Assembly: GCA_030606485.1 (NCBI GenBank)
Contig: JAUWGH010000005.1
Location: 240,001-272,000 of the forward strand
Reading direction: 5' to 3'
DNA length: 32,000 bases
Source: Promethearchaeota archaeon
GTDB taxonomy: Archaea; Asgardarchaeota; Lokiarchaeia; Sigyniarchaeales; SOKP01
Part shown: positions 8,071-15,389 of the stretch, piece after piece
How the letters are laid out: each line of letters opens with the position of its first letter
Position numbering within the stretch: the first letter of the stretch is position 1
Notes under the pieces: generated by a model
What the model was told of the DNA's origin: nothing
Databases searched by the model: none
Seen by the model: the letters and a program-made list of their open reading frames with translations, nothing else
Position numbers and translations under genes: made by a program

Positions 8071-9039
8071 ATGACTGAAAAATTACGAAAACCTTGGGTG
8101 GAACAATATAGACCTATGAAATTAGCCGATGTTGTAAATCAGACAGAAATTATATCTCGTCTTAAACAATTCATTAAAGATAAAGCAATGCCGCATTTAA
8201 TATTTGCTGGACCTGCCGGAACGGGTAAAACTACAAGTGCTTTAGTGATGGTTAGAGAAATATATGGCAGAAAAATGACTCCTAATATTACATTTTTAGA
8301 GCTGAACGCAAGTGATGAAAGAGGTATCAATGTAATTAGAACAATAATTAAGGATTTTGCGAAAGCTAAGCCTCCACTAGATATCCCTTTTAAAATTCTA
8401 ATTTTAGATGAAGCGGATAATATGACTGCACCAGCTCAACAGGCATTGAGAAGAACTATGGAAAAATATACAAGAAATTGTCGAATGATTCTGATTTGTA
8501 ATTACTCAAATAAAATAATTCTCCCTATCCAATCAAGAGCAGTTGTATTTAGATTCTCAAAATTGTCTGATAATGATATCAAGGAAAGATTAAAATTTAT
8601 TGTAGCTAAGGAAAATATTAAAATTGACGAAAGCGGTTTAAATGCGCTTATAAATGTAAGTAGGGGCGATTTAAGAAGGGCAATTAATTACCTGCAATCA
8701 AGCAGCACTTTATCCGATGACATTAATGAAGATATCATATTAAGAATAGCTGGAGAAGTACCCTCTGAAGAAATTAAAAAAATATTAAATTATTCAATAA
8801 AAGGGGAATTGCAACTGGCTAAATTAACTTTAGACAAATTAATTAGAGAGTACGGATTGTCTGGAAATAATTTAATTAGACAAATGCACCGGGAGATCTA
8901 TAATTTAAAAATATCAGAAGAACAGAAGATAGAAATTATAAAGATTTTAGCGGAAATTGAATATAGACTAAGCCAGGGAGGAACTGAAATTATTCAATTA
9001 AATGCTCTTTTAGCAAAAATAGTTCTATTAAATTTATAA
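8071..9039 (+). CDS. rfcS: Replication factor C small subunit
   Basis: PWVEQYRP, Walker A GPAGTGKT, ELNASDERG, Walker B DEAD, SRA arginine finger; no intein. Confidence 0.95.
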   Translation: MTEKLRKPWVEQYRPMKLADVVNQTEIISRLKQFIKDKAMPHLIFAGPAGTGKTTSALVMVREIYGRKMTPNITFLELNASDERGINVIRTIIKDFAKAKPPLDIPFKILILDEADNMTAPAQQALRRTMEKYTRNCRMILICNYSNKIILPIQSRAVVFRFSKLSDNDIKERLKFIVAKENIKIDESGLNALINVSRGDLRRAINYLQSSSTLSDDINEDIILRIAGEVPSEEIKKILNYSIKGELQLAKLTLDKLIREYGLSGNNLIRQMHREIYNLKISEEQKIEIIKILAEIEYRLSQGGTEIIQLNALLAKIVLLNL

Positions 9040-9273
9040 TTTTCAAAATAATAAATTAAATTCAAATTTTTGCAAATTTTTTCACATAATTTCCTATTAT
9101 TTTTAAGATTTCAGTAAAATAGCAGATATTTTTAACCCGATTTAATAAAACAAAAATTTGTTAAATATATATTTTTTCAAATCATCAGAATTAATAGTAA
9201 ACATTTTATAAAACGATAAATAATCAAAAATTATCAATCTTAAAAAAAATAAAAAACAACGAGATGCAAAAAA

Positions 9274-9507
9274 ATGGTTGATATAAAAGAGACATTGGAT
9301 GTGAGAGGAGAAGTTTGCCCTTATCCAGATGTAAAGAGCAAGAGAAAAGTAAAGAAAATGAATTCGGGAGAAGTTCTTCAAATTTTAGTTGACTATCCTC
9401 TTTCTGCGGAGAGAATTCCTGAAACTATGAAATCTTTAGGACATGAACTAATCTCTGTAGAAAAAAAAGGAGATGCTGAATGGGAGATTCTCGTTAAAAT
9501 AAAATAA
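9274..9507 (+). CDS. tusA: TusA/SirA (YedF-like) sulfurtransferase
   Basis: LDVRGEVCPYP contains the CPxP active-site motif; 77 aa. Confidence 0.93.
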   Translation: MVDIKETLDVRGEVCPYPDVKSKRKVKKMNSGEVLQILVDYPLSAERIPETMKSLGHELISVEKKGDAEWEILVKIK

Positions 9508-9521
9508 GGAGACGAAGAAAA

Positions 9522-10583
9522 ATGGAACTAGAACTATTTTTACTAATGTTAATCCCTGGACTTATAGTGGGATTTATATTTGGTTTTATTTTGCAACGTG
9601 GACGATTCTGCATGAATTCTGCATTTAGAGATATTATTCTGCTAAAAGAATACAAGCTAGTAAAAGGTGTGGCGCTTGCAATTGGAGTTCAAATGATTGG
9701 GTTTTCAATACTGATACTTGCAGGTGCGGTTACTCAGAATCCTAAACCTTTTACAGTGTTTGGAAATATTATTGGAGGTTTTGTTTTTGGAATAGGAATG
9801 GTTCTTGCTGCAGGTTGTGCTAGTGGAACTACATACCGAGTCGGAGAAGGAATGGTGGGGTCATTTGTAGCATTAATTGGGCTAGGACTTGGAGCTTATA
9901 TGACAAAATCAGGGATTTTATCAAGTACCAGTACAGCTTTGAAAACAACAATAACCGATGGTGATGGAAATAACCTTACCGTTGCTGGTGTTGCTACACC
10001 AATCGTAATGCTCATCATAGGTATTGTTATCCTTGGCGTTTTTGTATATTTTCATTTATTACCGGCTTTAAAAAGTAGAAAGGAGGCTAAAGAATCAATC
10101 TTAGATTTTAGTGATATGAAAACAAAAATCTTTAAAAAGTCATATCCTTGGTGGGTTGCTGGCACTGCAATTGGTATACTTAATTGTGTAGCATGGTTAT
10201 CTTCTGCAGCAGCAGGTAGAAATTATCCGTTGGGTATTACTTCGGGCTGGCTTGGTTGGCTTAATTTTTCGGTGACGGCAGATGAAGCCGCTCTTAACTG
10301 GCTTTTATTTATGGTTGCAGGTGTTATCTTAGGTGCTTTTATAGCTGCTCTTATTTCAAAAGAATTTAAATTAAGGATTCCAAAACAGGGAAAAACATTG
10401 TTAATCCAATTTGCTGGAGGACTTATTATGGGTTTCGGAGCGGTTACAGCAGCTGGTTGTAATATTGGAAATCTTCTAAGTGGTGTTCCAATGCTTTCAG
10501 TTGGGAGTATAGTTACCTCTGCATTTATAATATTAGGTTGCTGGTTGATGGCTTATTTGCTTTTCATGAGAGAGAAAGAATAA
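9522..10583 (+). CDS. YeeE/YedE family thiosulfate/sulfur-compound transporter
   Basis: Multiple TM helices; all three conserved Cys motifs present (GRFCMN, AAGCASG, AAGCNIG); Shine-Dalgarno AGGAG at 9507-9511. Confidence 0.92.
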   Translation: MELELFLLMLIPGLIVGFIFGFILQRGRFCMNSAFRDIILLKEYKLVKGVALAIGVQMIGFSILILAGAVTQNPKPFTVFGNIIGGFVFGIGMVLAAGCASGTTYRVGEGMVGSFVALIGLGLGAYMTKSGILSSTSTALKTTITDGDGNNLTVAGVATPIVMLIIGIVILGVFVYFHLLPALKSRKEAKESILDFSDMKTKIFKKSYPWWVAGTAIGILNCVAWLSSAAAGRNYPLGITSGWLGWLNFSVTADEAALNWLLFMVAGVILGAFIAALISKEFKLRIPKQGKTLLIQFAGGLIMGFGAVTAAGCNIGNLLSGVPMLSVGSIVTSAFIILGCWLMAYLLFMREKE

Positions 10584-10608
10584 TAATATAAGGAGTGTAG
10601 AATAAAAA

Positions 10609-10971
10609 ATGGCAAAACTGGGTATTCTCTTTTTTACAGGCCCTTATCAATCTCAAGCGTGCGAAACAGTTTGCAAATTAGCTAACGCTGCGTTAGATAA
10701 AGGACATGAAGTGCGTATTTTTTGCTACATGGATGCCGTCAATGCGGTATTGCAAAACCAAAAAAAAATCGATGGAATCTATAACATCGAAGAAGGATTT
10801 AAAGAAATACTTAGTAAAGGAGCCGTTGTGAGATTATGTAATTTATGTCTTTTAGTAAGAGGTACTACAAAAAATTGCTTAACGCGTGATTGCGGTGATA
10901 TCAAACGAGCTGGAACTCCAGACTTAGCAAAAATAATAGAATTAACTGATAGGTTAATAGCAATTTGTTAA
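10609..10971 (+). CDS. DsrE/TusD-like sulfurtransferase subunit
   Basis: TGPY, RIFCYMDAV, and LCNLCLLVRG (Cys at the DsrE catalytic position). Confidence 0.85.
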   Translation: MAKLGILFFTGPYQSQACETVCKLANAALDKGHEVRIFCYMDAVNAVLQNQKKIDGIYNIEEGFKEILSKGAVVRLCNLCLLVRGTTKNCLTRDCGDIKRAGTPDLAKIIELTDRLIAIC

Positions 10972-10982
10972 GGTGATAAAAA

Positions 10983-11327
10983 GTGTCGGAAGAAAAAAAT
11001 TTAATAATACTATTAAGAGAGGCTCCTCACGGTTCTCTCCATCCTGTTGAGGGGTTACGAATGTCAGTTGCAGTTAGTAGTGATTACGACCCTATTACCA
11101 TTGCTATTGATGATGCTGTATATACTTTTCTTAAGGGTTCAGATAAAACAATATATCAAATGCATATAGATTTCTTAAAAGAAATTGACCTAGATGTTTT
11201 TGTTGATAAAAGATCATTAGAGGAACTCGGTCTTACTAAGGAAGATTTAATTGAGCAGGTGGAAATTAAAGAACATGAGGAAATATTAAAATTAATATCT
11301 GAATGTGATTTACTTATTCCTTTTTAG
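10983..11327 (+). CDS. DsrF/TusC-like subunit
   Basis: APHGS...EGLR, DDAVY and VDKRSLEELGL motifs; GTG start with GGTGA SD. Confidence 0.82.
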   Translation: MSEEKNLIILLREAPHGSLHPVEGLRMSVAVSSDYDPITIAIDDAVYTFLKGSDKTIYQMHIDFLKEIDLDVFVDKRSLEELGLTKEDLIEQVEIKEHEEILKLISECDLLIPF

Positions 11328-11332
11328 GAGGT

Positions 11333-11638
11333 TTGATGATAATGGGAAAAAAAGCATTATATTTTATTACAACAGAAAAAAGATCTGGGATAGAAATGGC
11401 CCTAGAAAATACAGAAGACGAAGTTACAATCTGTTTGCTCCAAAATGCAGTATTTTTTGCAAATAAAGCTGATAAACAAATAACTAAAGCGCTTGACCAA
11501 AATAAAACTGTGATTGCATTAAAAGAAGATGTGGAAATAAGAGGATTAAAGAATTTAATCCCTGATAATGTCAAATTACTTGATTATGGAGAAGTAATTG
11601 ATAAAATCTTTGAATATGATTCTATTATAAATATGTAA
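11333..11638 (+). CDS. DsrH/TusB-like subunit
   Basis: LLQNAV, ALKEDVEIRG and LDYGEVID motifs; GGAGG SD at 11327-11331. Real start is probably ATG 11336 or 11342. Confidence 0.85.
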   Translation: MMIMGKKALYFITTEKRSGIEMALENTEDEVTICLLQNAVFFANKADKQITKALDQNKTVIALKEDVEIRGLKNLIPDNVKLLDYGEVIDKIFEYDSIINM

Positions 11639-11672
11639 TCGATTTTAGACTATTAAATAATTATAAATACTA

Positions 11673-11691
11673 TTTTTTTTTTAATTTTTTT
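11673..11691 (+). terminator. Oligo-T terminator candidate for the tusA-yeeE-dsrEFH operon
   Basis: T10 and T7 runs ~35 nt after the dsrH stop. Confidence 0.5.
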
Positions 11692-11824
11692 CGATTCTTA
11701 ATTTTTAACAGTGAAAATTTTTTTAAGGATTTTTATTAATTTTTCAAAATTTATCCTCTTTTTTTTACTAGATTTAATCTAAAAATTAGAGATTTTTAAT
11801 CGAATTAATCAATGTCTAAAACAA

Positions 11825-11848
11825 ATTTATGAATATATATCCATAAAT
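11825..11848. promoter_or_regulatory. Near-perfect 24-bp palindrome upstream of the hydrogenase operon (candidate regulator site)
   Basis: ATTTATGaATATATATcCATAAAT has one mismatched pair; it lies ~20 nt upstream of a TATA-like TTATATAAAA (~11867-11876). The AT-rich background lowers its significance. Confidence 0.35.
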
Positions 11849-11944
11849 AAAAAATAATGCTGAATCTTATATAAAACTAAATATAAATAAAATTATCAAT
11901 TAATAAAGAATTATTTTAAAACACATATAAAAAGTAGATGAAAA

Positions 11945-13252
11945 ATGGCCGTAAAAGTATGTTTTAGTCAATTGAGTTCGTGTTGGGGTTGTCATCAGAG
12001 TTTACTTAATGCTCATCTTGGCCTTCTTGATGTGCTCCCAGCATTGGAGATTGTATATTGGCCTACAGTTGTGGATTTTAAACTTGCCTCATTAGAAGCT
12101 AGAGAAAACGGAGAGGTTGACGTTGGTTTTATTGAAGGTTTAGTTCGTACAAAACAAGATTTAGAACTTACTAAATTAACTAGAGAAAAATGTAAAATTA
12201 TTATTGCTTTTGGTACATGTGCTTGCTACGGTAGTGTTCCTGGACTTGCAAATCAATGGTCTATTGAAGAAGTCCAAAATAGAAAATTCATGGAAGTTGA
12301 ATCAGCAACAACTAAAAGAATTCCTGATCAACACGTTCCAGGTTTTGTAGATAAAGTCGTAAATGTTGATGATATTATCAAGGTAGATGCTTACTTGAGT
12401 GGTTGTCCTCCAAGAACCGAGCAAATTGTTGGAGCAGTTCAATTTTTATTGGGACAAAAAGGATTTCCGATGAATGAGAAGACCTTCTGCGAAGATTGTG
12501 TATTAAAAGAGAGTAATTGTTTATTAGATAAAGGAATTTTATGTTATGGACCAGTTACTAGTATCGGCTGTTCTTTAAAATGTCCGAATAAAGGTGATCC
12601 TTGCGTCGGATGTATGGGTCCAGCAAAAAACACTTCAGAGAAAGTGCAAAAACTACTGGATATGACAAAATCTCTTGATTATATTAGTAGTGGCGATAAA
12701 AAGAATTTATTCGAATTCTTATCTTTATTCTTAAATATACCATTAATGGCTGGATTTGACCTCTCAAGTGATATTTTAAAGCAAATTAAAAAAAGAGGAA
12801 AACCAGATACACCTATAACAAATATGCCATCAATTACCACTGAAATCGCAACGAATTTACTCGCATTCTTAGCAAAGCATCCTGAATTCCATGAGATCTC
12901 AAATGTTTGTCAAACATGTCCTAGAATAGTAGGAAAGGGAACAATGACAAAAGTGAAAAGAGATTATGAAGGTCTTCCAAATCAAGAAGACTGCTTTATA
13001 GAGCAAGGATATATATGTGTTGGTCCAATAACTAAAGCCGGTTGTGGAGGTTTATGTATCAAAGTAAATGCAACTTGCACAGGATGCTATGGACAAACAG
13101 AATGGGTAACTGATCAAGCTACAAGATTTTATAAAACTATTAAAGAGAGTTTCAATGTAGATTTAAGTAAGGAAGAATTTTTTACGCAAGTAAAGGACCC
13201 AATCGGAACATTTAATAAATTTACATTAGCATCAAATCGAGATTTTAATTGA
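11945..13252 (+). CDS. vhuG: Group 3c-type (F420-non-reducing) hydrogenase small subunit, with a duplicated C-terminal Fe-S domain
   Basis: SSCWGC, FIEG, GTCACYG and SGCPP proximal-cluster motifs; two copies of CxxC...C...G.IC.GP.T..GC...C......C.GC.G. At 435 aa it is longer than the usual ~300 aa. Confidence 0.92.
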   Translation: MAVKVCFSQLSSCWGCHQSLLNAHLGLLDVLPALEIVYWPTVVDFKLASLEARENGEVDVGFIEGLVRTKQDLELTKLTREKCKIIIAFGTCACYGSVPGLANQWSIEEVQNRKFMEVESATTKRIPDQHVPGFVDKVVNVDDIIKVDAYLSGCPPRTEQIVGAVQFLLGQKGFPMNEKTFCEDCVLKESNCLLDKGILCYGPVTSIGCSLKCPNKGDPCVGCMGPAKNTSEKVQKLLDMTKSLDYISSGDKKNLFEFLSLFLNIPLMAGFDLSSDILKQIKKRGKPDTPITNMPSITTEIATNLLAFLAKHPEFHEISNVCQTCPRIVGKGTMTKVKRDYEGLPNQEDCFIEQGYICVGPITKAGCGGLCIKVNATCTGCYGQTEWVTDQATRFYKTIKESFNVDLSKEEFFTQVKDPIGTFNKFTLASNRDFN

Positions 13253-13264
13253 GATGAATAATAA

Positions 13265-14572
13265 ATGGTAAAAGAAATAATAGTAGAACCAATAACTCGC
13301 CTTGAGGGACATGGAGGACTCAGGATCGTTATTGGAGATGATGGAAAAGTTAAAGACGCTCAATTTAATGTTACATCAACTAGATTTTTTGAAAAGTTTT
13401 GCGAAGGGCGTTATTGTGAGCATGTTCCAAGAATTACAACTAGAATTTGCGGTATTTGTCCAATTCCTCATCATTTAACTCCAACTAAGGCTGTTGAGGA
13501 CGCTTGGAATGTTCCAATTCCAACACCTGCATTAAAATTGAGAAAATTGTTGATAAATGCAAAACAATATTCCTCGCATTTGCTACATTTTTACGCTTTA
13601 GCTGCACCAGACTTTTTGGTAGGTCCATTTGCTGATCCAGCATTAAGAAATATAGTTTATGTAATTAATAAAATGCCTGATGTAGGAGCAATGGCTTTGA
13701 AAATGATGGATTTTGGTCAAAAACTCTGTGCAGAAGTAGGAGGTAAATCTGTACATCCTATTGCAGCAATTGTCGGAGGAATGAAAAAACCAATGGATGA
13801 GGACGCTAGACAAAAATTCCTAAAAATGGTGCCTGAACAAGTTGAGTTTACAAAAAAAACTGTAGATATTGCCTTAAAGGTTATAGAAGATTATTGGGAA
13901 GTAATAGCAAATGTGGGAGTGGTTCCAACTTATTATCTTGGGATGACTAATAAAGGAGTTCATGATATTTATGAAGGAGATATTCGTGTTGTTGCTCCAG
14001 ATGGTAAGAAAATGGATTACGATGTTCATAAATATTTAGATGTAATAGGAGAGCATGTTCCAGCTCATTCATATGCAACTCATACATATTATAAGCCCGC
14101 TGGATATCCAGATGGAATATATCGTACTAATTGTTTAGCAATGACTAATTGCGCCGATAAAATGGCCACTCCACTAGCAGATGAGGCTTTGAAAGCTATG
14201 AAAGCAAAGATTGGAACTGATCCCATTCATCATACGTTTGCCTATCATTGGGCCAGAATAATTGAGACAGTTGAGGCAATTGAAGTAATTGCGGGACTTC
14301 TTGAGGATTCAGATATATGTAATCCAGATTGTAAGACATTAGATATTGAGCCAAAAGAGGCAGAAGGAATAGGAATCACAGAAGCACCACGAGGAATATT
14401 ATTATATCATATATGGTCTGATGCAGATGGGATTTGTAAGAAATTAAATCTGTTAGTCGCAACAAATCATAATATTGCTGGTATCGAGAAGTCGTTGATG
14501 CATGTAGCTAAGCAGGTGTTTGAGGATAAAGTATTAGATGGATTAAAATTGCCAGACCCTTGGATAAAATAA
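13265..14572 (+). CDS. vhuA: Hydrogenase large subunit (VhuA/MvhA type) lacking the C-terminal Ni-binding motif (split subunit)
   Basis: EPITRLEGHG, L1 motif RICGICPIPH, EAPRGILLYH, ATNHN; ends LKLPDPWIK* with no DPCxxC motif. Confidence 0.93.
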   Translation: MVKEIIVEPITRLEGHGGLRIVIGDDGKVKDAQFNVTSTRFFEKFCEGRYCEHVPRITTRICGICPIPHHLTPTKAVEDAWNVPIPTPALKLRKLLINAKQYSSHLLHFYALAAPDFLVGPFADPALRNIVYVINKMPDVGAMALKMMDFGQKLCAEVGGKSVHPIAAIVGGMKKPMDEDARQKFLKMVPEQVEFTKKTVDIALKVIEDYWEVIANVGVVPTYYLGMTNKGVHDIYEGDIRVVAPDGKKMDYDVHKYLDVIGEHVPAHSYATHTYYKPAGYPDGIYRTNCLAMTNCADKMATPLADEALKAMKAKIGTDPIHHTFAYHWARIIETVEAIEVIAGLLEDSDICNPDCKTLDIEPKEAEGIGITEAPRGILLYHIWSDADGICKKLNLLVATNHNIAGIEKSLMHVAKQVFEDKVLDGLKLPDPWIK

Positions 14573-14621
14573 AAACTATAGAGGATTTTTTTACTCTAAA
14601 TAATTAAAAAATTGGAGAAAA

Positions 14622-14783
14622 GTGAAAAAAAATATGGAAGATATTCCTGAAGGACTAGTAAATTTCTTAGAAATGATAGTCCGATGTTATGATTGTTGAC
14701 TATCGTGTGCCGCCCACATCACAGTTGTGAATGAGGACGGTAAAGAAATTTACTCTCGTGAATTGAATGTTGGTTTAGGATGA
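14622..14783 (+). CDS. vhuU: Selenoprotein VhuU: separate C-terminal peptide of the [NiFeSe]-hydrogenase large subunit (in-frame UGA 14697-14699 read as Sec)
   Basis: Manual translation: (M)KKNMEDIPEGLVNFLEMIVRCYDC-U-LSCAAHITVVNEDGKEIYSRELNVGLG*. The UGA falls at the first Ni-ligand position of the L2 motif (RxYDP[C/U]xSCAxH) missing from VhuA. GTG 14622 (GGAG upstream) or ATG 14634 as start. Confidence 0.93.
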
Positions 14784-14815
14784 ATATCCAATAAAAACAA
14801 TAGATTGGATATAAC
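14780..14815 (+). promoter_or_regulatory. Candidate eukaryote-like SECIS hairpin
   Basis: AUGA, then perfect 9-bp stem ATATCCAAT (14784-14792) / ATTGGATAT (14804-14812) with an A-rich loop AAAAACAATAG. The 3' side reads AAC where canonical cores have GA. Confidence 0.5.
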
Positions 14816-14888
14816 TGCCCTTGCATGGGTTAAAGGCCAATAAACAATAAATAAATGAAAAAAAATTAAAAAAACATATGTGAAAAAA

Positions 14889-15383
14889 ATGGCAACAGAT
14901 TTTGAATTTAGAAAGCAAGTTCTTGATATGCATATGAGTGGTGTGATCAAATATTGTTATCAATGCAATCGATGCACAGATTATTGCCCCGTTGCCGAAG
15001 TTACTGATAATGCATACAATCCAAGACAAAATATTTTAAATGCATTGCTTGGCTTTAAAGATGCAATATTTTCAGCAGAAAAAATTGCTATATGGGGTTG
15101 TACAGTTTGTGATACATGCGATGAAGTATGCCCACAGAATATCGAATTAACAGAGATTTTCAAATTATTAAAGAATCATAGCGTTGCATCTGGGGATGCG
15201 CCAGATTTTTATTATCTCCAGGCAAAAACAATTTTTGAAAATGCTAAAGCAGTTCCATCTCAACCTGCTATAGAAAGACGACGTGAACAACTTGGTTTAC
15301 CAGCGGTTGCTGCACCTGATATAAATGAACTTACTACCTTATTGAAAAATATGGGAATTGATAAGAAATTGAAAGGAGAGTAA
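14889..15383 (+). CDS. hdrC: Heterodisulfide reductase subunit C
   Basis: Two ferredoxin motifs CYQCNRCTDYCP and CTVCDTCDEVCP; ATG 14889 preferred over GTG 14880. Confidence 0.9.
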   Translation: MATDFEFRKQVLDMHMSGVIKYCYQCNRCTDYCPVAEVTDNAYNPRQNILNALLGFKDAIFSAEKIAIWGCTVCDTCDEVCPQNIELTEIFKLLKNHSVASGDAPDFYYLQAKTIFENAKAVPSQPAIERRREQLGLPAVAAPDINELTTLLKNMGIDKKLKGE

Positions 15384-15389
15384 AGAAAA

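Noticed and set aside
11639-11944. Possible hidden Sec-containing vhuD in the gap before vhuG
   Set aside because: The gap is extremely AT-rich and I could see no VhuD-like Cys/Sec motifs or coding signal.
14560-14700. vhuA truncation as pseudogene or frameshift
   Set aside because: The missing segment is encoded as a separate ORF with its own start, matching the known VhuA/VhuU split.
14781-14846. Second UGA of vhuU read as Sec, extending the peptide by U-ISNKNNRLDITALAWVKGQ
   Set aside because: It lies in the tail removed after the His during maturation, has no motif context, and is better explained as RNA structure. It cannot be fully excluded.
14750-15163. ORF-track entries 14750..14950, 14775..15029 and 14981..15163 (-)
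   Set aside because: Antisense shadows of vhuU, its 3' UTR and hdrC; no recognisable motifs.
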